A stretch of 58,552 bases of DNA, counting the filler, from Platydemus manokwari (lineage: Eukaryota), in assembly GCA_037951405.1 (NCBI GenBank). It is 5 parts of 5 records of this genome, joined end to end, with 100 filler letters (N's around TTAATTAATTAA, not from the genome) between each part and the next. Parts side by side here need not be neighbours in the genome. Positions count along the whole stretch, not along the records: positions 33,889 to 44,655 come from JBBMOY011107109.1; positions 44,756 to 58,552 come from JBBMOY011621405.1; 3 more parts are not named here. One strand, written 5' to 3'. The notes under the pieces were generated by a model, which had not been told where the DNA came from, did no database searches, and saw only the letters and a list, made by a program, of their open reading frames with translations. Within the stretch, counting starts at the first letter, position 1; each line of letters starts with the position of its first letter. The translations under genes were made by a program, and so were the position numbers. This document shows positions 39,836 to 52,803 of this stretch, one piece after another.

Positions 39836-41469
39836 TATATATACGTGTGTGTATAAATATTTAATCATAATTAATTAATAAATCCAATATTTCCTCTCCG
39901 TCAAGAATTTAATTGATAATTCATACATCATAATTTATCAACAAAATATTCATATATCGAATGAAATCAAATAGTTATTATTGAGATTTATTCATACTAT
40001 AATGTTAATAAATGATTTAGAAATAGATCAATTCAAAAAAAGATTTATTCAGAAAACAATGATAAAATAATGGGATACAAATGAAATTCGCTTTTGATGG
40101 AATTATAAATCTTTTATGAATTGAAAATCAACAGCATGATATTTATTTGATTGGAAAAGTTTTCCATGATATTTTCATTGTTTTTAAATTGGTTTTTCAA
40201 TAATTTTTATTTGTAAATATGTAGGACAATGATACTTTGAATTGTGGGGAAAACAAAATTGGATGTGAAATAACTCGTAAAAGTTGTAACAATCCTCAAT
40301 AAAAGTAGATGTTTAAAATACAATAGATTTATTGAATATGTGCAATTGAAGAATCTGTACCCCAACTTGAATCAATATTTTCCAAAATTTTTGAATTTCC
40401 ATCACATATATTTTTTATTAAAATTTTTCTTTAAATTGAAAGTTTACTTAATAATATTATAGTACTGAGGTCTTATATATTACTGCATCTCTTCTAGGAA
40501 ATATAGTGATTTGAACCAAATTAAGTAAAAAAAATGCTTAACCATTAATTTAAATTTGATAAAAATCGATCACAAATTAAAAACAAGCATTGAAATATTT
40601 CAGACTCATTTTTAGTTGAGCGATTTTTGTCGCTGTCATATTTAGCTGAACTAGTGTTGTCGATCTATCTTTAATGATTTTCTGTGACTTGACTAGCATA
40701 TTTTATCGAATTTGCTGTATACGATATAAATAATTATTTTCAAACTTTCTTATCCGATTTTTTTAAATCAAAATTGGTCAAACATAACAAATTTGATTAA
40801 ATAATTAGTAGAAAAAAGAAACAAAAATTATTTATTTTTTAAATTTTATTATCAATATAGAATACAACCACTTAAAATAATTTTTTATTTCTTTTTAACC
40901 AAATTCAATGAGAAATTGGAAAGACTAAATAATTTTCTTTTTTGTTTGTAAAAGGAATGCATTGTAAGATTTTGTTTTTTCCTAACAAGATTTGATATTC
41001 AATATAATTTTATTGTTACGCAGTCATTTTAATAAAAGTTATTTTCGATTAAAAAGACAAAACAATGTTCGAATGAATGGGATTTTATAATTTGAATACA
41101 TTTCAAAGTTTTGAATTTAATTCAATTTTGTTTTTTCAATTCACAATATTGGGACTTTCTATGGTTGAAACTCTAGTTGTATTGATTGTGAGCATTAGTT
41201 TGGAATCGTTTGATTTATATATTTTTTTAAAGTTATCATGAAATATTAACAGAAAAACTTTATTAAATGATTACACACTGATTTATTAATCGGTTTTGCA
41301 TTTAATTTCAAAATATTTACAAAAGTTTTACATACGAAATTGGAATGAGTGCTTATAATTTTATTGAATGTGATTATTTGTTTTCATTATTTATCTCTTT
41401 ATAATAATGAGGTTGATATTTCTAAATTATTTGTCACAGGATAATTAATTGAAGGATAATTTTTTTCAG

Positions 41470-41641
41470 GGTCGATGTGGTCAACTTGGATGACAGAGAA
41501 ATTAGAAGTGCTGGATCCAATTCGTATAATAAATATGCTGATGAAAATCCACAAAGATTTAATTGTAAATCTAAAATATCCAGTGCACCTAGTCCGAGAA
41601 GTAAAACCAGTACGGATCAAAAATTCAATATTATCAAAAAA
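41470..41641 (+). CDS. Putative internal exon of an unknown gene
   Basis: ttttcag acceptor, open frame VDVVNLDDREIRS..NIIKK, GT donor; a possible terminal exon at 42637-42666. Confidence 0.3.
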
Positions 41642-43079
41642 GTATTCGCTTTCAAATATTTGTTATCTGTATTTTTTTTATTATTAAAGTTTTATATAAT
41701 TAAATAATATAAAACCATTTCAAATTGTTTATATTTTATAAATTTATTGTAATAATTATGATTATATCAAATATTTTTATATTCTATGAAAATATGAGTT
41801 GGATTTTATGAAAATCAATATACTGTGCGATTCATTAGACTCTGTTTCTAAAACTAAAATAAAACAACAGTAAGAACAAACTAAAAGAATATTTGAAAAG
41901 TTTTATTTTTCCTTTCTTGAGATATCTGTGAATAGAAATTTGTAAAGTCATTCACACTTGTGCAGTTTCTGGTTGGTTTACGATGTAAAATCTATGTAAA
42001 ATCATTTTATAATTCATTGGTAATTTTATATTATTAATTATTATTTCGCAATTATTTTATTATATAAGTTTACAGATTCATTAGCCAAAATATTTGCTTG
42101 TTATAAAATAAAACTTTTATCAAATTTTATATATAATCCCTAATAATTTATAATAATCAGTTATTAAATTATTATTGATTAAAATTAATTATTAAATAAT
42201 AAAATTAGATTAATTGATAAGAATTTATGATTGAATCTAATTTTTCACTTATACCTCATGAAATGATCATTTTAGTGAAGTAATTCACGACACATTTAAT
42301 ATATGATAAAGTATAAATAAACATTACCAGCGCTGTGTTGATATTTTTATATTTGATATTTTAATTTAGTCGTTAGCATGTGCAATTCATAGAATTTGTA
42401 AAATTAATATTTTCTGATAATAATAATATAGCATGTCTTATCTCTATGATGTAGGATTGTAAATGCAATTATCCATGAAAAATATGCTTCCAATAAACAT
42501 TTTAATTTATTTTTATACAAAATGTTTTTGTGACCGAGTGAATAAAGTAAATCTTGAAGAGATTATCAATCATATCCAATATAAAATTGTTGATTTAAAA
42601 TGTGACATTTATTCCCTTGTCTTTAAATTGTTTCAGATTCCTGATCTATCATCAAGTCTGTATTAAAATATCTTTAAAATGAATTTTGAATCATTATTGT
42701 TTTCGTAAGAAACTTTATTGTATTTGTTAATGGTAATATTTTGCATTTATTTCAATTATAAATCGTGCGTATTGTTTCGATTTTCCATGATTCAGTAAAA
42801 ACTATATTTCATTGAAGGACGTTTATAAAATGAACATTGCTGTAAAATAATCAATAATCTGTGAGTGGTTTGTAATTAACATTTGAAAACTGTGATGAAA
42901 TATTGATACATCAATCTCTATTTTTTATTATCCAATCATAATAGGCTTACTTAACCTTAGTTTTGTTAATTAATTATCTATTAATACTGTTTGTTTATAT
43001 TATTTTTGATTGATTTAATTTCATATTTTATTTGAAATTAGGGTAATTAAGAATGAATAACATTTTAAATATATTATTA

Positions 43080-43121
<42 letters not shown>

Positions 43122-44655
43122 GATAGACTATTAATTTAACTTTACTTGAATAATTGTCTTTTCTTAACAATCAAAAAGATTTTCAATCAAAAACCTAAAA
43201 AATATATATACATTATTTTCTGTTGCACACACATATTTACTCAACCGTGTCACACTCAAATAGATCATATCGGGTGACTTAGTTAATCTGATCAATTTTG
43301 GTGGATCTCATTAACACTTAAGTATGAATTTATTGAATATATGACGCATTGTTGTTACACAATACATTGACAAAAATCAACAAAACTAGACACAAATGTG
43401 TTTTCTCAGACTTATCTCAATTTTTCACTGTAATTTTGACACGATCTCCTGATTATAGAGCTTTATAATTCCGATGCCTATTATTGTTCATAAATATATA
43501 TGTATTGAAATTTATAATAGATTTCTGCTTTTATTTATTATTTCTTTAACGCTTATCTGATAATTATTTCCGATTGCCTTTAGATTTATATTATTATCTA
43601 GACAAGTCGACTTTATGAATCGATTTGGTAATTGTTTGGTTAAATATTGTCGAATGAATTGTTCTCCGAAAAATGTTAGATATCTCTTAGAGATAAACTC
43701 TGCTATTTGTTTTATTATATTTTATTGGTTTGATAGATTATTGTTTTTGATATTTATTTGATATTTACTCTTGTGACATTTCGATTGACAAATACTAGCA
43801 ACTGAAAATTTCTAGTTATAAATGTCTTGAATATATAATTATAGAAAATATTATTTGATAATTAATCCTTTTTATAAATCCATTTGTTATTCAATTGAAC
43901 GTGGTAAAGGTCGTTTGTTTAATTTGAATGGATCAATTTTTCGTTACAAATATCAATGTTTTATTTTAGGAGCGTAATAGTGGATTGTATACGTTTGACA
44001 GTTTCCCATCTCTCATTCCAGATATTAATGATACATCTACTAAGCCAAGAACAAAGTAAATATTTGTTAATAAACATTTCGCTAATTTCTATTCTTAAAT
44101 TGAAAGAATATTTATCGTATAATGACTAATTAGGATCATTATGACATTTAAGAGAATTAATCAAATTAAGGATTAATTAAAAATTCATCCACAATAATAT
44201 TTAGTTTCTGTATTGTATCGATTGTTTAATAAATAAGGCTGTAATGAATTTATTTTTAATTGTATTGCATTGTATTGTTTTAATTATAAGCATAATTAAT
44301 ACATCTGGAATTTATTTTTGAGATTTATTAATGATTTAATAAGCTATGTAATAATTGTCGACTTTGTTTCAAGATACATGTTTTGATTTATTAATTCTTT
44401 TTTCAGTACTTATATAATAATCATTAGTGATGTAATTGAATTTCTGCGAGGAGGATTAAGAAATAATTTTTGAAATTAAACATGTAGCATCAACAAAAAT
44501 AGAAATTTACTCCTAGTGACATGAACAGCGTGATGGGTATTTTTTACTGACTAGATAGAGTTTTTAAATTCCATTTTCGGTACTATACGGTTATCGCTGT
44601 ACATATTTTTAATCATTTTTAAATTCATAAAATATAAATATATATATATATATAT

Positions 44656-44755
44656 NNNNNNNNNNNNNNNNNNNNNNNNNNNNNNNNNNNNNNNNNNNNT
44701 TAATTAATTAANNNNNNNNNNNNNNNNNNNNNNNNNNNNNNNNNNNNNNNNNNNN
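44656..44755. other. Artificial contig linker
   Basis: 44 N + TTAATTAATTAA + 44 N; flanked by (TA)n and (TAT)n. Confidence 0.98.
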
Positions 44756-45284
44756 TATTATTATTATTATTATTAACATTATTATTATTATTAACATTAT
44801 TATTATTATTAAAATATTTTTATATATTTTAAAGTTTATTATTATTCATGATATATTTATATTATTAATGTTTCTGGTAATCTACAAGCCATGGGTTGCA
44901 AGTAAGTGCATATTCTTCATAATAGAGCTAATTGCACACCCAATCCAATTATAAATATTTCTGATTTTTAAAATAAATTGTGAATAATAAAATTAAAAAA
45001 CGAAACAAGTATTAAAATAAAAGTAAATTGCTGTTAAGAAACCTTCTTGAGTACCTTCAATAAATTATTTTATTTCCGTACTGATGCTGTTAAGCATTGA
45101 TAATGATTTTTATCATTTGTGTTCAGAAATTATTTGGCTTGGACTCGGTTCAACTCTAATTAAACTATAACTAATTCATTAACTCAGTAAAATAATCATC
45201 AACACTCCTTGATTCTTGACAACCGAATATTTATTACATTATCTGATGAAAATTTTAAATTTTTATAAATAACTTTTGATGAAA

Positions 45285-47530
45285 TTTTATTGTTTGACGA
45301 AGTCAAGATTCACCAGCGAGGTGAGCTTTAACTGTTTTCCATTGTTTTAAATGCCGAAACATTGTTCAGGCTTCAAAGCATCTATCGACGGATGTATGAA
45401 AAGAAAGATGTATCGAGATACGAAAACATGCAAAAAGGATTTGAAGATATAAATTGATTATATAAAGATTTATTTATAAGACAGTTTTTGTTTTGAGAAA
45501 ATCCAGACATAGTCTGGAACCTTCTTCATCATCATCCCTCTCTCGTCAGCATTTCTCCATTATCAGCAAAGTTTCTCGAACATCTCATTATCCTCTGAGA
45601 ATGCACTCTATTCGTCCGAGACATAGCCTTCCTAATCACCTTCGATCACGTCTGTCGCTCTGTAGGAAGCTTGCCATTGTTTATGAGTCGATTGAATATT
45701 TGATTTGATACACTCGTAGGTAATTGTTCGTATATTCTCTGCCTTAAACCCCGGTCATTTCAGCGCCATGTCTTTTTTTTGGGACCCATGTACCATGAAC
45801 AGCAACCACAAAGGTGTGTAATTCGAATGTCTATCCGGGTTTGACTTCATTATTTCCTTCCCGAGGTCCTCGTATTTCATAAGATTTTATTTATCTTCAT
45901 TGACCATAAGACGAGGCTCATGCATGGGACATTTCTCATCAACGAAATAAATGCAACTCGTACAGTGATTTACAATTTGTAAGTCAACTCGTAGCCTCGA
46001 TCCAGTAAATCGACAAGATTTCTCCACATGTATATCATTATCAGAGTGATTATTGATGTATTTTGCAAGAATGCCCATTATTTTCCAGTGCCTCTGTTGG
46101 ACGAATGAATTTGATACATTACATTTGGTGAAGACTTGATTCAGTACATATTTCAATTTTATGAGTTTCATTCTCTTTGTTGGAGTAGTGTTTTCGAGGT
46201 CACCTTTTTTTTGGGCAGCAGTCGGCATCATTTGAGTTGGTAGAGATTTGGAAGGCAACACTCGGACAGATATTATCTAACTGTCGGAGACATCTATCTG
46301 TTTTTCCTCTAACCGTCGTATAGTCATTCTTCCCAAATTAGGGATTAGCTGCTTCTTTGATTTCTCACAAATTCTAAACATGATCAATATATTTCTGGAA
46401 CATTTTTATTCATAGGTAATTTTGGCTTTCAATTCAGAGACAAGAATCCGTCTTGTTTCCACAGTTGACTTTGGATTGCTGTTGATTGGTAGTAGCAGTA
46501 AGAGTCCTAACTGACTCCTTTCTTGCCTGATCTTTGATTTGTTTAACATTGATTCTGTAGAGGCTAGTTTTGGTACAAAAGTTTCTCATATACATAAACA
46601 CAATTGGGCCACTGTCTCCAAATTGTGATTGAATTATTCTGCTTGGGTTACATCAGAATTTGTTTTCTCCACAGAAAGCGGCTTGTATTCATATTTGTAT
46701 TTGATATGAGGTTCTGGTGTCCTTCTGAGATCGTGACAGATCTTGGGTCCAACATTGAAATAGTTCTTTTGTCACGTCGATTATCATAAGAATCCATTGT
46801 TTAGACTTGAGAAGAAATGGACAACATATGAATTAGTGAATTTAGAGTATTTGAAGTTTAATTTGTCAATAATGTTGTCAACCCAGTCTCTGGCTATTGC
46901 ATCACTAATGAATGGGTCTAAGACAAGATTTTTCCGTTGTTGAAATTATTTGCTTGCCAGCATTGTCATGATTTTTTTTGGATCAGTCTTCCTTGAGAAT
47001 TTCAGATTATTGTTCACCGCCAATTATTGTCAGATTAGGTGAAGTCGGTTTGTCGATATTACAAACTCTACGCCTAATTGTATCAATAACAATGAAGTTA
47101 CTGTCTTGTTAACATTTTCGGTATAGCCACAAATCGTAGGCCCGCAGTCATCGTTATTGATTTGAAATTGTTGTTTCTGGATGTTTTTCGGTTTGTGTAG
47201 AGATAGTTTCTTCCACACTTTAGATAATCTTATTGCATTAACTAGTCCATGCGCTTTCTTTATTGCTTCTTTGATAAAGCTACTATTGTCATCGAGAGGG
47301 TGAATGATTTCTGCTCTCATAGTAGTTGATCCGACAAAAAGGGTCCAATGAGCACTGCCGATATTGATCGGTGTTATCATTTGGCTGTGAAGATCCAATA
47401 TATCTGGGCAGATTTTTATCTCATTCTGATTTTTATTGTCGACAATTAATGCCTCCGTTACATATCGGTTGATGTAGCAGCAATTGGAGTTTCTGGACCC
47501 ATCTCCACTAAAGATCCACAGGATAAAATA
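45285..47530 (-). mobile_element. NeSL-like non-LTR retrotransposon relic (Ulp1-type protease + restriction-like endonuclease)
   Basis: ORF 47030..47398: PINIGSAHWTLFV and QINNDDCGP. ORF 45887..46261: C..QRH, E, LRVDL, FVDEKCP, followed by KYEDL and FVVAVHGTW. Confidence 0.82.
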
Positions 47531-47789
47531 ACATTTAATTGCTAATGAACCTCACGTAAAGAACATATTTGAAAGAGAATAGCGTATCACTGGAAAAGAA
47601 TTATCGATAATTTAAGTTGTCAATTCTTAATTCATTAATAAATCGATTTCTAAGATAAATAAACATGCTCAGTGATATTTGAAAATCACCAACGATCATA
47701 TTAATAACCGAAAATAAAAATATTAAGTAAGAGAAAGACAAATAGTAAATAGAGATAATCAAATAGGTTAGAAAGAATATCAAATGATC

Positions 47790-48420
47790 AGCATAGGATG
47801 TGAGGAAATTCTAAAAAACGCTAGATAGAACAATTAAAAGAAAAATATATTTCTATGTCATGTTGGGTTGAAAAAAATCCATGGAATATGTTAAGAATTA
47901 TTACACTGCAAAGAAATACCAAGAATATCAAATGTCTCAAACATAAAATAGGGTCACCAAGATCACCAGTCACGAAAAGTTCATGCGGATAAATATCGGC
48001 TTTTGCCGCTGATGGAAAGAATCAATGAGAAAGGGAAAACAGAAACCAAATTTTGTTAATACCGACGAGAAAAAAGAGAAAGAAATGACCGATAAAATAA
48101 TTCAGAATTCATGTATTGAAGGACTTTGTATCTAGAGAAATTCTTATCAATTGCCGTCAGTAATTTGAAACCCAGAAAGTAAACAATATCTGATACATTC
48201 AAGTTGTTAACACCACAACTCAAATAATAAGAGTATGATTGAGAACAATTCGATATTATAAAAATAAAACATTTAATCAAAGACGGATGAAAAATTGTGT
48301 TCAGTTGTTATCGAAGATCAATAATAGAAATATTGCAGAAGATGAGTCAACTAAGATCAGGGTGAATTATAAATGATTTGAAATAGAGACAAATATTTAA
48401 CAGAAAACGTCAAATAAATG
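47790..48420 (+). mobile_element. Possible decayed integrase
   Basis: EYVKN..KYQEYQ and KVHAD...LP resemble the end of the zinc-binding region and the first catalytic-Asp segment. Confidence 0.3.
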
Positions 48421-49699
48421 TTGAGAAAAACTTTAAATGAAATGAATTGTTAGGAAAATCATTGTGAGGCTTAAAATTTAAATTAAAATATTTTTAAAAT
48501 TTAAATTAAATTATGGTGGAATAATTTAATTTAATAATTTATAAAAGAAATATTTTTAATATATTAAAAATATTTAATACGTATTTTGCTCAGACATTTA
48601 TTGTAAACTCTCATTTTAAAAAATAATTTATTAAAATTTAAAAGTGTAATTTTATATTAATTAAAGAAGGAAAATTTGTTTAGATAATCTTTAATATGAA
48701 ATATATATTTACACTTTGTTATGACTTTTGAATATAATCTAAAAAGCGATGAAGTGTTAGCCACTAACATCTATCATGAATAAGATTATCAAATTTACCA
48801 AACACTTGATAGTTTGAAAATTAAAGTATTCTTCTTTTTAATCTAGAAGTAATTAATACAAGTCAAAATCGCTAATTTGTTCTGTCAATACTACATTTAT
48901 ATCGGGACATTAAATTAGTTGTTTTCGTAAATTAAGTTACCACTATAATAATTTGGAATTTAAAGTTTTCTGGACACAATTTTAACTCTTAGATAATTGC
49001 AACACCTGCGTATAACATTGGAATATTATATTTATATACAGACCCATGCTCAATATCTCTGAACCTTTCTTATCGAGTGAAAATTCTTCTCCATAGCCTT
49101 TGATTTTCTCTGCCGTTCCCTTATCGTTTGACACGGACTTTTGTACCAAAGTTGGTTTGATCCGTCTTTACCGAATTCAACAGAACGGCATAAACGAGGT
49201 CTTTGTGATAAAAATTACAAATTCTCAATCTGCCATACTAATTACTAGCAGTTCTTCCTACTACGGTAATCTAAAATGTCGCCAGCAGCGATTTGTGAAT
49301 TTAGAAACTTGACTAAAAGCAAAAGGAAGGTATCGAAAATGTTCATTTCTTTCAACATGACATTCTAAATAATAAAACTTAAACTCCGCGTAAACAATGC
49401 ATCATCTTTTGAATGATTTAAAACATTATGTCAAAAGCCTTTAATGACAAATACTATGTATAACCAGTCCTTCTCGCCAACCCTAGATGGGTAATGAATC
49501 GAATTTTTTATTTTTCTTATTTTTGGATTTTATATACCTATGTACCAATAGTATGATAAATCTGTATTTGACTCTGAAAATAAATTTAAATAAAATTAAT
49601 AAATGTGATTACAATACATAATTGTGTTATATTTGATATATAATAATATATAATTGTAATAAATTAACAATATAAAATCTCATATTTCAATCTTATTGC

Positions 49700-50383
49700 T
49701 ATAAAGGAACCTCACGGAAACATTCCTCTGGCTCGAGGAACTCCCGTGCAACAATTTAATTGTTTTATGCAGAAAACAGTATTTATTTTTTAAAATGAAA
49801 TAAAAGTATTTATGTTCAGAGTAATGTACATGTTTTTTGATGAAATGAAAACAAAATTGTACATGTTTGAATGGACTAAATTTATTCTTATCATAAACTC
49901 AGTGGGAAGTTCGAGCATGGTGTATCTTAGATAACTCTTTAAGATTCGGTCATGTTTTTGACAGACACACACGAAGTTCATCTTCCACGGACAGAAATTG
50001 TGCGCGTTTCTTGTGTTTGATGGTTCACAGAGCTGAAAATCCAAAATCATACAAATATGGGATTGAAAATTGCACAAGAAGTCGTAGTGCTTTCTGGACA
50101 ATTTTAGGATATTCTTTTGCAAACAGCAATCAAATATATAAAAGCAAACCTAATAGTGCTAGGACAAAGTGAATTTCAAGTATGGCGAGTTTAATTATCT
50201 TAAATTTAGTATATTTAAGCAATAAATAAAAAATTAAGAAATAATAATAATAATAAAAATAATAAAATAGATTTTCAAAATTGAATTTAACATGTTGTTT
50301 ATTTGTTCGTTGTTCTAATTTAGAAATTTAGAAATTGCGGAAACACTGGAGTGTACTGGTGGAACACTGGTTGAAAACCACTG
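49700..50383 (+). mobile_element. hAT (Buster/Charlie-like) relic
   Basis: Right end GTTGAAAACCACTG (reverse complement CAGTGGTTTTCAAC, a typical hAT terminus); internal CLMVHR (cf. C..HR) and AIKYIKAN. Confidence 0.45.
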
Positions 50384-51454
50384 TTATATATAATAAAAAG
50401 AAAAAAATAAATAAAATATTTAAAATCAAATAAATAAAAAGCAAGATTATGTGGAAATTGTTAAATAAAATAATAATTCTAACAAATAAAATCTATTATA
50501 TTAAAACACTAATTATATTAAAGTAATAAATTAAAATTTATAATGTGCCATTAAAATAGTTATAAATTTATTAGTTCGAATATCAGTACGATCATTCTTT
50601 ATAGTATTTTATTTTATTTTTTTGTATTTATTAGATTTATTATATTATTTTTCAAATTTAAAATCACCATTGCTTTTATTTATTATAATTTATGTTTTAT
50701 TTATCAAATGTAACATGATTATTGTTTGAATTCCATTTATTAATCTCATTTATTGATTTTGAATTTATATATTTATTTTTCAATCACTTTAAATTTTTTA
50801 CTTTGCTATTAATAATTTATCAGGTCTGATACAAAACCTCTAATATCAGTACAAAATATGCCGAAATTAGAAAAATCGAGATATATATTTAATTTGAATG
50901 TGTGCTCTCAAATAATGATCAACTTTTATTACTGACAAAGAACTTGCTGAATCTAGGGTTTAAAATGAGCAGTTTCAACAATCTTTCGGTAAGTATATTG
51001 AATTAAGAAAATTGTAGCTAGTCTCAGATGTTACAAGAAATGAGTGTTGAATCTAAAGATGCTTATAAATGTGTTTTAGATGACTCGGTTAGAATAGACA
51101 CGGAAATTTCAATTGACTTTCTTGTGGAAATAAATTTCGATAGAATAGATGAATTTAGGAGTGTGTTTTATGTTTCATTTAAATGAAATAGATTTTTGAA
51201 ACATATTGCTTCTGGAGTTTACTGAGTCAAGTAATGAAGTGGAGTGAAAATATCTTCATGTTTTCCCAATTCATGTTGTGTGTTTACAAGAAGTCTCGGT
51301 TATTTACAGATTCAGATGGGTAATTCGATTGTGGATTATGAGTATTGAATTGAAGGTTTGATTTGGAAAAAGAACATATTACTAAATATTGATGCAACGT
51401 AGAGAATGTAAAATATGTGCTGGACTTCTCAACATTTCACTTATCCATTTTCAT

Positions 51455-52525
51455 TTAATAGAAATCATTATTAAATGGATCATCTTCATTTGAAAGTTCA
51501 TTTGGTTGAGAGACTTTGATATTTTCAACGCCTTCTGTTTCATCATCACTTTCATGTTGTCTTAAATCATCACAATCTTCATAACTATATTCATCATCGT
51601 TGTTGTCAACATCCGATTCAATATCGTTCTGAAAACAAAATACCAAATAAATATAAGTATTCATCACAAAGATTCATTACCATTTGTTCCGTTGTTCCTG
51701 TGAATTCATGGAGTGTTGTTATATTATCTTTACGATTTATTTTTTTCTGAAGATATAGTTGTTCTGTCTAAAAAAGCGAAAAGAAATATTAAGAGAAAAA
51801 CCTATGACAACTGCTTTACCATTATAACCGAGATACTCTTGAGTATCGATTCTATCATTTCTTGGATCAATTTGATAAGTTCTTCATTATAAAAGTCGTC
51901 TGCTTTCAAAACATTGATTTCATAAATATCTAATTTGTATTGGAGTTTCTCTATTTTCTGATCGAGTTTATCGTTTCTAACGTTCGGATTTTTTTGTCTC
52001 TAAAACGAAACATCGGATTAATTCACAATCGACCAAAACAACTCAATAAATTACCCTTTTAATCAAATCGTCCAGTTGTCTAGAATATTCTTTATGTTTC
52101 CAATCCAAAGAATTTTTTGCTTCGAATTTCTTTTTCAAAATCTCTGTTTTCATTTTCCAAATATTCACATTGCTGTTCAATCCATCATTGATAATTATGG
52201 AAACATTTCTGAATGATTAAGTAATGTCAATGTAATTGTCGTATGAACAATAACGAGATTCTTACTCATTGAACATTTGTGTATGGGCTTTAATCGATAT
52301 TTGTGAATCGATCACATCTTTCAATTTCTTATTGTCGACATTATCCTCATAAACTGAAATCGTATCAGTCAATGTTAGAATCGAATCTAAAAATCCGGTC
52401 ATGGATTTTATAAAATCGGATAATTTATCAGAGAATATTTTTCCTTTCACGATGATTTCTGAAACATTTTTTATCAAAGCTTTCACAATGATTTTCTTCG
52501 AAACAACTTCTTCACATAAATTCAT
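51455..52525 (-). CDS. Helical BAR-domain-like protein with acidic tail, 5 exons, 284 aa
   Basis: Exons 52525-52266, 52208-52055, 51999-51820, 51767-51681, 51628-51455 splice in frame (855 nt) through 57, 55, 52 and 52-nt GT-AG introns. The gene structure is solid; the BAR call is inferred from the coiled-coil pattern. Confidence 0.8.
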
Positions 52526-52803
52526 TGTTATTATTATATAATGATATTTAATTATATATTAATTAAACAATAATATTCAACCTTATTACGTCATCGATTA
52601 TTGAGGAAAAGTACTCCCTATATTGAAAATACGGATTGCACAGCACTTGATTGTTGGAAATAATTTCAGTTTCTTCATTCGTGACAAATTATTCCTAAAT
52701 CAACATCGCTACCAACACAAAAATGTATTTATTAAAATTTTAAAAACATCAATAATTTGTTTGTTTATTCCAATCGGCAATTTATTGATTTTTCAAAAAA
52801 TTC
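52526..52803. promoter_or_regulatory. Probable bidirectional promoter, 278 bp
   Basis: Lies between two divergent start codons; CRE-like TTACGTCA 52586-52593, CCAAT 52770-52774. Confidence 0.5.

Noticed and set aside
48880-49320. Possible piggyBac transposase remnant
   Set aside because: Motif resemblance too weak; no TTAA-flanked termini identified.
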